A stretch of DNA of 62,987 nucleotides, filler included, from Octopus bimaculoides (Eukaryota), in assembly GCF_001194135.2 (NCBI RefSeq). It is 5 parts of 4 records of this genome, joined end to end, with 100 filler letters (N's around TTAATTAATTAA, not from the genome) between each part and the next. Parts side by side here need not be neighbours in the genome. Positions count along the whole stretch, not along the records: positions 40,405 to 52,533 come from NC_069002.1; positions 52,634 to 60,605 come from NC_068986.1; 3 more parts are not named here. The stretch is one strand, 5' to 3'. Shown here piece after piece: positions 40,878 to 53,444 of this stretch (positions are counted from its first letter, which is position 1; each line of letters starts with the position of its first letter). The notes below the pieces were generated by a model. That model was not told the DNA's origin. It searched no databases and saw only the letters and a list, made by a program, of their open reading frames with translations. The translations under genes and the position numbers were made by a program.

Positions 40878-40935
40878 TTAGGGTTAGGGTTAGGGTTAGG
40901 GTTAGGGTTAGGGTTAGGGTTAGGGTTAGGGTTAG
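40878..40935 (+). repeat. Interstitial telomeric repeat (TTAGGG)9 plus TTAG
   Basis: Perfect array read directly. Confidence 0.95.
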
Positions 40936-42025
40936 AGGGTATAGTTGTATATTTGTGTAGATTATACTTTAATAAATTGTTCTATGCACACCCAAAGCGT
41001 ATGTGTGTGTGTGTGTGTATACATACATATATATACACACATATATATACACACTCACATATGTACACAGTATATATATACATACACACTTATCTACACA
41101 CGTATACACACACATACACACATATATACGTATATATCTATGTGTGTGTGTGTTTGCGCCTGTGTTTACCCTCCTCACCATCGCTTGACAACCGCTGTTG
41201 GTGTGTTTGCGTCTCGTAACTTGTCGGTTCGACAAAAAGTGACCTATAGAATAGGCACTAAGTTTAACAAAAGGCCTGAGGTCGATTTGTTCAACTATAA
41301 TCATTCAAGGTGGTGCCACAGCATGGCCACAGTCAAATAACTGAAACAAGTAAAATGAAAATGAAAAAAATTAGTCACCAGCGGAGCCACAAGCGCAAAG
41401 TATAATTTTGTGTGGGTGCATAATGTTCTCAATGGCCAGTGATGGTCTTCCTCGCTCAAAAGTGGACGGCCATCATCATCATGTATATATGTATGTATAT
41501 GTATGTACATACATACATTCATATGTATATATATATGTTTGTATATATGTACGTATGTATGTATGCCCTTATTCAGTTTTATTTGAAGATTTCTTGCAAA
41601 TAGAGAAAGAACCGGTTTCTAACCTAAATCCGAGGCTCCTTGATTGGAATTTCAACATCAACTACAGGGTATTTTTGCATGTATGTATGTATGTATGTAT
41701 GTATGTATGTATGTATGTATGTATGTATGTATGTTTGTGTTTTGTTTTATGTATGTCTTCTCAAGCATATCTAGACATGCTCATATATATTTAAATGATA
41801 AACTTCTGGAAAGTCTTACAGATTTTTACAGTTCCAGTGATGGCTTGGACCTGTTGTCTTTGAATCAGCTTTCTCCTTTCTGGTTTTGAGAAGCCTAATT
41901 TCTCAAGATTGGTTATGTATGTATGTATGTTATTATTTAGTTTATTTCAAATCTTTATTTCAAATCTTACCAATGGATATACATAAATATTTTCTATTTT
42001 CTCTCCCTGTTTTATTTCTGTGTTC

Positions 42026-42061
42026 CTTTCTGTCGAAGAGCGTAGGCTCGAAACGTAAAAG
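42026..42061 (+). ncRNA. Minimal type I hammerhead-ribozyme-like motif (Penelope-type), A6U core variant
   Basis: CTTT-CTGTCGA-A-GAGC(GTAG)GCTC-GAAA-CGT-A-AAAG: stem I CTTT/AAAG, stem II GAGC/GCTC, palindromic ACGT stem III and a GUA triplet. Confidence 0.55.
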
Positions 42062-42183
42062 ACTTTCTCACTTCCCGAGCGTTAAACTAATACATGTTTG
42101 TTGTTTACACACCCATCTTCGTCTTTTGTTTTTTTTGTAAATTCTCACTTTTTTGTAAATTCCGGCCGATGCAACCTGTTTAC

Positions 42184-42590
42184 AGGCGTAGGAGTGGCTG
42201 TGTGGTAAGTAGCTTGCTTACCAACCACATGGTTCCGGGTTCAGTCCCACTGCGTGGCATCTTGGGCACGTGTCTTCTACTATAGCCTTGGGCCGACCAA
42301 AGCCTTGAGTGGATTTGGTAGACGGAAACTGAAGGAAGCCCGTCGTATATATGTTTATATATATGTATGTGTGTGTGTGTTTGTGTGTCTGTGTTCCACC
42401 CCAAACATCGCTTGACAACCGATGCTGGTGTGTTTATGTCCCCGTCACTTAGCGTTCGGCAAAAGAGACCGATAGAATTAGTACTAGGCTTACAAAGAAT
42501 AAGTCCCAGGGTCGATTTGCGCTCGACTAAAGGCGGTGCTCCAGAATGGCCGCAGTCAAATGACTAAAACAAGTAAAAAAGTAAAAAAAG
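42184..42590 (+). mobile_element. tRNA-derived SINE family A, full length
   Basis: High identity to 13308-13858; short internal TA/TG tract. Confidence 0.9.
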
Positions 42591-43439
42591 AAGTATACAT
42601 AAATACACACAAAACACTAGGCTATCGAAACCCTATACGCAAGTACTTGCATATCGGTATGGAAGAACGTACACAGACTTTTTACAGGTATTTTCTCTAT
42701 GGTTTTATCGAGTGCAATACCTAAACGTCTTCTCTAGTAATTACTTCAGAAAACCCATTTATGCTATGGCATTGTGATATCACCGATAAAATGTTGCAAC
42801 AACGATCACTAGCCTGGGATTTCGCAAGGCTTGCAACAATGAGAAAATAATTGTTAGTTATCGCAAAAATCGCGAGAACTGTCAATATCTCCCTCGGTTA
42901 TTCGAATTTAATTGTGATGTATTTTGATACTATCAGAAATCCCTAGAAAACCGACAAATCTAATATATGGAGTAGTTTTAAAAATATAAGGACTAGTCTT
43001 TATCCAGGCTTATTCCATTAGAGTAATAAACAGGTTTGTCAGTCAGCTTCTTACAATAAAGAACGGTTAACAACATTTTATGGCGCAACTGTTTAAACAC
43101 CACGTTTTCAGCTAATACAAATGTTTACAGAAACACAAAAGAACACGAGAAATTTGGGAAATGAGGTTGTTATGTTGAGTTATTAGTCTGTTAGGAAACG
43201 AGAGAGTTAGGGTAGTAGTGTCAGTACTTCATAAAGTTTAATTGCAAAGAGTATACTTTCTTTTTGTCAACCACTCTTTCTCTTTTGCACTCCTCCTTTA
43301 CTTTTCTTCTACACTGTCCTTTTGATGAGGGACTAGCGTCCAAAATGTTAAGGTTCTTTTCCTTCATCTTCAACTAATACAATATTTGTTAAAAGATTTT
43401 CTTCCTGTTTTGTCTTTTTTCTTTTTGTTTTCACTAATT

Positions 43440-43487
<48 letters not shown>

Positions 43488-43886
43488 AAAGGGAAGTAAT
43501 TCATTATCCATTTCGCATTAGTAAGATGTGTAGACTTTGCTATCTACTCTCAAATTAAGACAAAATATTACATTTACCTAAATATTACATATGGATATTA
43601 TTAATACTGAGAAGGCGTGTGGCCTTGTGGTTAGGGAAGCTCAGCTTATGATCATAGGATAATTGGTTCAAATTCTAGACCAGACAGTGCCTTGTGTCCT
43701 GGAGAAAGGCAATTTATTTCAGATTGTTGTAGTCTACTCAACCCTAAATGAATAACAACTGGATGCTGCTATTACCTGATTTCTCGGATTCGAAATTCCC
43801 AAAATGTTGCCAAAATTGAAACGAACCAGAAGAGAACGGGTCAGCACAACGGTCGAAACCTTGTGACCATAGCAACCCAGATAACG

Positions 43887-43932
<46 letters not shown>

Positions 43933-44603
43933 TGCATAATTACAACCTCTATGTAAACTTGGTACATTACTCCGCTATCAAAACATTTAATTTTGATAAC
44001 GGGGTAGTATACCAAGTTTTCATAACTCACTCTACTAACCAAAGCGTTAGACGGAGAGGAGAAACTGTGAATATGTGAAATGTGGATTTTCGAGAGCAAC
44101 AGCTAATCTTAGTGAAAAAGAATAAATTTTCTTTTAATTATAAATCAATACATACGCACACAAACACACAAACACATATGTCACTGAAATACACACACAC
44201 AGATATACATATGTGTGTATAGACATACACACGCACATACATACACACATGTACATATACATGCGCATACACATACACAGACTCTGTCACACACAGAGTC
44301 ATTTACAGTCACATACACTCTCATACCTGCAGCTTCTATCTTATATACACATACACATTCACCCAAATGCGTGCGCACTCACACATATATACACAGGCAC
44401 ACAGATTCACACATGCCCTCATACAGACACCCGCCCACTCATTACACACAGAAATGGATACACGTATACAATGAGGGTGACATGTAAATAGTGATGTTGT
44501 CTAACTTCACTATAATTACTCTGACAACATAATGAGTACAGTTGCGCAAGTATCATGTGATAAATAGTTATGTGTTTATGTGTGTGTGATAGCTCTGTGT
44601 GCA

Positions 44604-44636
<33 letters not shown>

Positions 44637-44725
44637 AAAGAAAATAAGCTTTACATACAAGCACACACACACACACGCACACACGTATATTATGCATATA
44701 TCTACATCTATATCTCTATATAAAT

Positions 44726-44758
<33 letters not shown>

Positions 44759-44828
44759 NNNNNNNNNNNNNNNNNNNNNNNNNNNNNNNNNNNNNNNNNN
44801 NNNNNNNNNNNNATATGCATGCATGTAT

Positions 44829-44870
<42 letters not shown>

Positions 44871-45161
44871 GCACACAAACACATAGACATATATGTCATT
44901 GAAACACACGCACGCACACATATTTGTGTCTGTAGACATATATATATACACACATGCGTACGTACATACACAGACTCACACACAGACACACGCAGTCATT
45001 TACAGTCACATGCACTCACATTCCTCTATACATACTTTGCAGTAATTTTGTTAGAAGAACAATTTCAGCTTTTAAAAAAACTCGGTACCAAGTCGTGACA
45101 CACTAGAGTGTAAAATAAACAAATAGTAATGTTAATTACTAACTTAATAAATGCTCATTAC

Positions 45162-45212
<51 letters not shown>

Positions 45213-46023
45213 GGAATATCTTGAAAAACACCAAAATCAATCATCATCATCATCGTCATCATCATCATTATCCNNNNNNNNNNNNNNNNNNNNNNNNNNN
45301 NNNNNNNNNNNNNNNNNNNNNNNNNNNNNNNNNNNNNNNNNNNNNNNNNNNNNNNNNNNNNNNNNNNNNNNNNNNNNNNNNNNNNNNNNNNNNNNNNNNN
45401 NNNNNNNNNNNNNNNNNNNNNNNNNNNNNNNNNNNNNNNNNNNNNNNNNNNNNNNNNNNNNNNNNNNNNNNNNNNNNNNNNNNNNNNNNNNNNNNNNNNN
45501 NNNNNNNNNNNNNNNNNNNNNNNNNNNNNNNNNNNNNNNNNNNNNNNNNNNNNNNNNNNNNNNNNNNNNNNNNNNNNNNNNNNNNNNNNNNNNNNNNNNN
45601 NNNNNNNNNNNNNNNNNNNNNNNNNNNNNNNNNNNNNNNNNNNNNNNNNNNNNNNNNNNNNNNNNNNNNNNNNNNNNNNNNNNNNNNNNNNNNNNNNNNN
45701 NNNNNNNNNNNNNNNNNNNNNNNNNNNNNNNNNNNNNNNNNNNNNNNNNNNNNNNNNNNNNNNNNNNNNNNNNNNNNNNNNNNNNNNNNNNNNNNNNNNN
45801 NNNNNNNNNNNNNNNNNNNNNNNNNNNNNNNNNNNNNNNNNNNNNNNNNNNNNNNNNNNNNNNNNNNNNNNNNNNNNNNNNNNCCTCCTCCTCCTCCTCC
45901 TCCTCATCATCGCCGTCGTCGTTGTCATCGTTGTCTTCGTCATCATCATAATCATCATCGTCATCGTGGTGGTGGTGGTCGTCGTCATTATCGTCACCGC
46001 CGTCGTCATTATATTCGTCGTCG

Positions 46024-46077
<54 letters not shown>

Positions 46078-48007
46078 CCAATAACAAAGATCTGCTAGAC
46101 ATAACTTTAAAGTTAATTATATTACATCTCTCTCTTTTTGTTTTTTGACAGAATCTCATTTTCTCCCAAGCCCTGAAGGCTTTATTACTTGGAAGAAACT
46201 AGTGGTCAACTTGCATTAAATGACTATCATCCCAAAAGTTTTATTTGAACATGAAAATTTAATTGAAACTGGACATTACGTTAACGGTTTCTTAACAAAT
46301 TTAGATTGTAATTCAAACGACAATAGCTTTCGTTATACCTTCTGTAATAAATTTCTCTCTTAGGCCAACACAACTTATATTCAAACCATTTCCTTAGTAA
46401 AACTCATCTCCAATGGCATCTTGAATCCAATATCCTCGCATGTATAAGAGCATTCTTCCTGTTCATGTACGCACACATGATCTCAGACCGTCAGATTTAT
46501 CCCGGTCATATTTCTGTTTATTATTACAAACTTATTAAGACAAACCTGACATTATGCGCACACATACACATGTACATACAGGCATACACACACGCGCGCA
46601 CATACACGCAAGCATACATATATACACATATATGTTTATGTATTAATGCTTAATTTTCCTTTTACGTAACGTTATATAAAAAGAGTTGAACATGAATTTG
46701 CAGGATCACTCAATACCTTTATATGGAAAAAATTGATAGCGACTTCGAAGTTTCGATTTACTAACCGTCATCACAATCTGGTCATATCAAGTCTTATATG
46801 TTGTGCGTTTGGCAGGGCGTTTCTTTGATGAGTGGAACGATTTATTTTTTATAATTAGGGTGTAGGTGGATTGGTTGTATATATGATGGTTAAAAAAAAA
46901 AAGAATAAAACTGTCTGATGATGACGGTTCGTAAGCCGAAACGTTGTAGGCACTGCCAAACTTTTCCCTGTAAAAATTTACAGATACAAACACACAAACA
47001 CACGCGCGCATATGCGTATATATATATATATATATGTATGTATATATATATGTGTATGTATATACATATATGTGTATGTTTGTGTGCCTATGTGTGCATA
47101 CAATTCACAGTTCAGCATCCTCATCTACTTACACTTCCCCTTCCCTCTTGTCGTTGTATTACCAGCGTAGAGGGAGCTAGTTGCTTGCAAACTTGAACAA
47201 CACACAAAGGAAAATAAATGATTCCGACCAGTTTGTCGAACATAGACGATATTCTATTACCATTCTATTAACTGAATATAACAATGTCGTTTAGTATCTC
47301 TAGAAATAGTTATATTAACTTAAAATGTGGTATTTAAGCTGTTAGTTTTTAAACGTTGTTAGCCAATCGTTACCATCAAAACCTGACTGACAAAGCTGTT
47401 TCTTGATTAAATGGAATAATCCAAGATAAAGACCGTTCTTACAGTTTTAAAACCACTCTCTATATTAGATTTGTGGCTGTTCTAGGGATTACAGATAGCA
47501 TCAAAATATATCGCAATTAAGGCTGAATAAGCTAGAGAAATATTGACAGTTTTCACGTTGTACAATGTAAAGATCGTCTTCGATAGGGAATAGGGCTTCA
47601 ATTTGCTGTGTAATAGACAAAAATACGGGGATAGTTATTGATCTCAATGTTACTAAGGTTCACACAATAATATGTTCAATATCCTATTATCACTTGCTAC
47701 ATCGTATCCTATCTCAATGGATATCATATTCTCATGTGGATCTTAGCTATCAAAACATACACACGGCGAATTCACTAGCTAAACGACAATCAGAAATACG
47801 CCGTGCGTCTAATATTGGCTGAACGTCAGATTGAATGTACGACATAGAAGAAATGAGAGAAAGCTTTCACATTAATAAGGGACACTGCCCGTCGTCCTAC
47901 CTCACTTCTTCTGCATCTAATATTACGCGCACGCACGCACGCACACATTACATAACCCATACATTCATACATACACACATATTCATACATGCACACATAT
48001 ATGTATT

Positions 48008-48049
<42 letters not shown>

Positions 48050-48340
48050 NNNNNNNNNNNNNNNNNNNNNNNNNNNNNNNNNNNNNNNNNNNNNNNNNNN
48101 NNNNNNNNNNNNNNNNNNNNNNNNNNNNNNNNNNNNNNNNNNNNNNNNNNNNNNNNNNNNNNNNNNNNNNNNNNNNNNNNNNNNNNNNNNNNNNNNNNNN
48201 NNNNNNNNNNNNNNNNNNNNNNNNNNNNNNNNNNNNNNNNNNNNNNNNNNNNNNNNNNNNNNNNNNNNNNNNNNNNNNNNNNNNNNNNNNNNNNNNNNNN
48301 NNTATATATATATATACACACATATATATGCATGTATGTA

Positions 48341-48402
<62 letters not shown>

Positions 48403-48418
48403 ACTATCTATGTATTAT

Positions 48419-48800
48419 GACGTCGCAAGGTTACAGCGGGACCTGAATTCGATATACAAGTGGGCCGAAATAAACAACATGCAGTTTAATGCGGGAAGTT
48501 CTCAAGGACTCCACTATCAACTCACGAATACACCCTGCACATACACCCTGCACATACAGGGCCCGAATGCACTAAAATCCCAGAGTCACAGGCAGTGAAA
48601 GACATGAGGATCAGTATGTGCAATGACGTATCATTTTATATGCACATTACCAAGATGGCAGCAAAATGCAGACAACTGGCAGGATGTATACTGAGGTCCT
48701 TCAAGACAAGAGTCCAAGAAACTATGTTGACCCTGTTATGGTCACCACATAGTGCTAAACTAAGAGCGGAGCATGATGCTCTTCAAGCTTTTACACAAAC
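48419..48800 (+). mobile_element. CR1-like LINE reverse transcriptase C-terminal remnant
   Basis: DVARLQRDLNSIYKWAEINNMQFN...KDMRISM...HITKMAAKCRQLAGCILRSFKTR...LWSPH. Confidence 0.8.
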
Positions 48801-48827
48801 TCAAGCATCCCCTCCAACCGAACATAC

Positions 48828-49135
48828 TTTAATTTTTCTCAGACGAGAAAAGTTTCTGCCAGGATCAGATGGTGAACACACAGAACAACCGTTGGTTTGC
48901 CGTGTCCCCAAAACATGTACTGAGAGTGATAAAAATCAAACATCCAGTCAACATCATGATGTTTGGAGTGATTACATGGCCTCAAACTCAACACGGAGGC
49001 CTACATCAACTGCCTGGATGAGGTAGTGCCACCCTGGGTCAAAAGAGTGGCTACTGGAAGACCCTATGTCTGGCAACAGGACTCTGCACCATGCCACACA
49101 AGCAGGAAAACCCAGTCATGGCTGTCAGACAATTT
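48828..49135 (+). mobile_element. DD37D-type mariner transposase catalytic fragment
   Basis: FLSDEKSFCQDQMVNTQNNRW...HPVNIMMFGVIT...LNTEAYINCLDEVV...GRPYVWQQDSAPCHTSRKTQSWLSDN contains the first and second catalytic Asp. Confidence 0.85.
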
Positions 49136-49237
49136 GGGGTCGATTTGTTTGACTAAACTCCTTCAAGGTGGTACTCAAGCATGGCCGTAGTCAAATGACT
49201 GAAAAAAATAAAAGAATATATTGATAATGGTTCTTAC

Positions 49238-49692
49238 CTTTATATTCTGAAGTACCCTCGCACTAACCGGTGCCGGACCATTATATGCTTGCATATTATC
49301 GGAAAGTGTGGAATATTCTAGATCGCTGTCCAGATCGTCGTCATGCGCAGAGACCGTGTGAACAATACTTCCTCTTGGCTGAGTTTCCGTCACAGTCAAA
49401 TAAACCTCGTTCTTGTCAAAATATGGCGCCTCGTCGTTTTTATCGCCGATGTAGACGATCACCTGACATCTGCCATGATTGGAAGGTGTTCCACGATCAA
49501 TGGCAGACACGTTCAGTACATATTTGGCCATCATTTCCCGATCTAGAATGGCTCCCTTTTCTACGGTGATAGTCCCGCTGCTGGCGTCCATTCGAAACTT
49601 GTCGAAGGCGCCACTGTCGATGCGGTAGATCACTTCGTTATTAGGACTGCTGATATCAGCATCGTTGGCATGCACTTTGGAGACACTGGTAC
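49238..49692 (-). CDS. Internal coding exon of a cadherin-superfamily gene (about 1.4 EC repeats; resembles Cad87A/Cad88C/CDH23-like non-clustered cadherins)
   Basis: Translation GTSVSKVHANDADISSPNNEVIYRIDSGAFDKFRMDASSGTITVEKGAILDREMMAKYVLNVSAIDRGTPSNHGRCQVIVYIGDKNDEAPYFDKNEVYLTVTETQPRG...HDDDLD...NIK contains the cadherin motifs AxDxD, LDRE, AxDxGxP and DxND. A pyrimidine-rich acceptor ...ctatttattccag ends at 49693 (phase 1) and the donor AAG|gtaaga starts at 49237 (phase 0). Subfamily is from memory only. Confidence 0.95.
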
Positions 49693-51244
49693 CTGGAATA
49701 AATAGAAAATAAAATAAATGAAATAAAATGAATTAATTAAAAGAAATTCAAAATGAATATCAATTATTTAACAGTAGCAAATGGTTGTATCACAAAAGGT
49801 ACTTAGTTCCCAGGTCTTGATTAAAATTCCAATACACAGCTCCATATATTTCGGTGGATTTCGAGATATTTTTCTGGTATCTTTACGCTATGGATCAACA
49901 TTTGATTTCTTATCAGACAACCTCAATTGAATTGAGATGTGAGCAGATATTCTCTATGGGTAACTGCTGGTCTACCATACAAATTTAACGAAGGAGCACA
50001 CTACAGTAATGCCTTACTGCGCTCTATTATCATAGACTGAATCAAGTCCAAATACTGATCTACGGTCTGAGAAATATGGATGCTCAAAAAGAACAAAATT
50101 ATTTATCACGGTGTAAAAAGAAAAATGTGATGCTAAACGGTAAGACACGCAGTTCCGTGATACCCCACTTATATAGAAGTGCGGTCGGAACACCACAAGT
50201 ATAGTTTTTACAACTATTATGAGTTAGCCACCTCTTCCCACACAAAAGACAGAAAAATGTCATATTCTTTAGAAGAACTTCCTAAATTTTACTCCGATTT
50301 CATTCGAATTTCATGCGTTTAATTGGTAATTTGATGCCATGTCATCTCCTAGGACAAGTAAATGTCAAAACGTCATAATTATGAAAAAAGAAAGATAAAA
50401 TTTTGATATCATTTCTTCATTTATTTTACGTTTTGATAACGATATTTCGTTTGGGTCATTAAAAATTGATAAGAAGATGGATCTTATAGCAAACAGCTAA
50501 AACACCTGACGTCATAAACCACGTGATGATGATGATGATGATGATGAGATAGAATTTGACAGAAGAACAAAAAAAAAAAATGGTATAAAGCATGGTGGAA
50601 TGTTGACAAGAAATGTTGAAAATGATTGAAATCCAGTTGAAATGTGGGTACAAATTTAGTCAATTAGTTGGTATTTTTGTGAAGTTCAAACGAATTGAAG
50701 AATTAGCATTTATTTTCAAAATACGAAAACGAAAAAAAATACTTGAATTGGAAGAACATGAAAAAATACGTTGGAGATATCTTTTAAATATTCTCATGTT
50801 CCCTTCTATTATTGTTACTCCGCCACAAAGAAAGATATATACACAGTTATACAGTCACAAACACACACACATTCATACAGACAAGCATAAAAGTATGCAA
50901 ATGGATACATTTATAAACGCACACACACACACACGCATGTATGTATGTATAATTTAATATACACTGTATCTATCTATACATACATACACATATTGTGAAG
51001 GCGCTTGGCCTGGTGGTTAGAGTATTTCACTCACGATCGGGAGATCGTGTGTTCAATTCTCAGGCCGGGTGGTGCATAGCGTTCTTGAGCAGAATACGTT
51101 ACTCTGCGATCAGTTCTACATCTGACGCGTGGTACACCGTGCGTGGTACACTACTTCGTTGTAGTCTTGATGGAGGGAGTGATGGATGTATTCACCGAAC
51201 ATTAGTGAGCTAATGTGCAGCGTAAACATTTGATTGCTATAAAC

Positions 51245-51249
<5 letters not shown>

Positions 51250-51283
<34 letters not shown>

Positions 51284-51488
51284 TTGTGTGTCTGTGTTTG
51301 TCCGCCCATCATCGCTTGACAACCGATGCTGGTGTGCTGACGTTCCCGTAACCTAGCGGTTCTGCAAAAAGAGAACCGATAGAATAAGTACTAGGCTTCC
51401 AAAGAATAAGTCCTGGGGTAGATTTTCTCGACTAAAGGCGGTGCTCCAGCATGGCAGCAGTCAAATGACTGGAACAAGTAAAAGAGAG
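51250..51488 (+). mobile_element. SINE family A 3' half
   Basis: Matches 13650-13850. Confidence 0.85.
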
Positions 51489-52869
51489 TATTATTTATTT
51501 TGGGGAATTTTTAACGTTCATCCTCATTCTGTTATCCTCATTCGATCCCCGACCCCTTGTCTGTCCTTGTGTTCGTCCTCTCTTCATTTTTCAACCTCTG
51601 TATGGTGAATAAAGGAAAGAGTTTTATTTCGTCCCTGAAGTGAGCGCAAGCAGAGTCAATTCGAAACCAGAACGTTACGGCTCGCAACTAAATGGTGACG
51701 CCATCATGTCACCATAACTTTAACGCCTACCTCTCTGCCGTTTCATTATTCTATGAAATGTTTGCATATGAATAATAAATGAGAAGAATGTGTCTGTCAA
51801 AGTAGATGAGGGCAGATAGAAACGCCATCAGCTTAGGAGAAGAGGAGGAGGACAAAAGAGAAAAGAAGATGAAAGGAGGAAGTAGTAGGAGGAGGAGAAG
51901 AAGACGATGAAAATGATAACTACAAAGACGATGAGGAAGAAGGAAAAGAGTCAGAGGGAGAAAAAGAAGAAGGAAAGGAGAATAGGAGAGGAATAAAAGG
52001 GGAAAAAGAAGACAACGATGACAAAAGAAAAAGCAGAAAGAAAAAGGCAGACGGTAAAAGAAGACGACGACGGGGACGAAGAAAACGAAGAATAGTAAGA
52101 TGAAGACGACGACGAAGGCGGCGGCGGCGGCGGCGGTGGAGATAAAGAAGTAGAAATAGAAGAAAAAGAATAAGAGATTAAGTTTGAATGATGTGTCAAG
52201 CAAACGCATCAGTCATTTATTTAATAGTTATGTTGAGATTTATCTTACCTGGTAGTGAATTTTCTTCAATCTGTGAGAAATACATTCTTCTCTCAAATAT
52301 TGGTATATTATCATTTTCATCCTGGAAACACAAGAGAAATTTTTTATTTAAGAGTCTTCAGACATGACACGAAGTCAGCACACACGTACACGCACGTTCA
52401 CATACACACACACACACACACAGAGGCGCTCACACACACACGTATATACACATGTACACACATATTCACAAATACATTATATATATATACATATATGCAT
52501 ATACGTATATCTATCTATCTATCTATCTATCCANNNNNNNNNNNNNNNNNNNNNNNNNNNNNNNNNNNNNNNNNNNNTTAATTAATTAANNNNNNNNNNN
52601 NNNNNNNNNNNNNNNNNNNNNNNNNNNNNNNNNTGATTAAAATAAAAAAAATAAGCAACACGGATTTCAAAGGTGATTGCAGTACGCACGTTTCATGCTA
52701 CTCCAATTTATTTAAGTAATGCGAGCATTACATTAAATGCAATATGAAGAGCAATCTTCAGCTGCACGAAAATGCAGAAAAATTACTGTAGAAAAGACAT
52801 ATTATAAATGTGGCAACATTTCAAATCCAAGTGGGAGAGATTTGAAATGTTGCCACATTTATAATCATC

Positions 52870-53360
52870 ATCATCATCATCGATCATCATTTAACTTCTA
52901 CTGTCCATGCTGGCATGGGTTGGATGGTGTGACCGGAGCTGGCAAGCTGGGGGACTGCAGCAGACTCCATTCTTTGGCATGGTTTCTATGGCTGGATGCC
53001 CTTCCCAATACCAACCACTTTACAGAGTGTGCTGGATGCTTTTACGTGGTGCTGCATGTGATGCTTTTATGTGTAACTGAACAGGACATACAGACATATA
53101 TCTGTCTATCTAATTGTGTGTGTGTGTGTGTGGCCATCATCATCATCATCATCTACTGTCCATGTTCCATGCTGGCATGGAGCTGCATGGTGTGACAAGA
53201 TCCAGTGGGTCCAAGGACTGCATGAAACTCCAGTCTCTGTTTTAGCATTGTTTCTTTGGCTGAATGCCCTTCTGTGGTTAATGCTAACCATTTTACAGCA
53301 CATACTAGGTGCTTTTTCCATGACACTAGCACTAGTGAGGTTGCCATGCAGCTATCACCT
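52870..53360 (-). mobile_element. Two degenerate copies of a (GAT)n-tailed retroposon 3' end
   Basis: catcatcatcatttaa...tgtccatgctggcatgggttgga...gctggatgcccttcc...ccaaccactttacagag; homologous to 58740-59100. Confidence 0.7.
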
Positions 53361-53444
53361 CTGAGTAGGTGGCTTTATGCTTGACAATGAGAGAGGTAAG
53401 TATGAGAGAAGATGTCAGAGTAGAACATATTTCTTGCTGTAGAA

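Noticed and set aside
49270-49569. 99-aa and 67-aa plus-strand ORFs overlapping the cadherin exon
   Set aside because: Antisense shadow frames of the real exon, with no recognisable motif.
51751-52209. 152-aa hydrophobic ORF and its acidic/basic antisense reading
   Set aside because: GA-rich low-complexity (GAA/GAG/GAC) sequence with no domain or splice signals.
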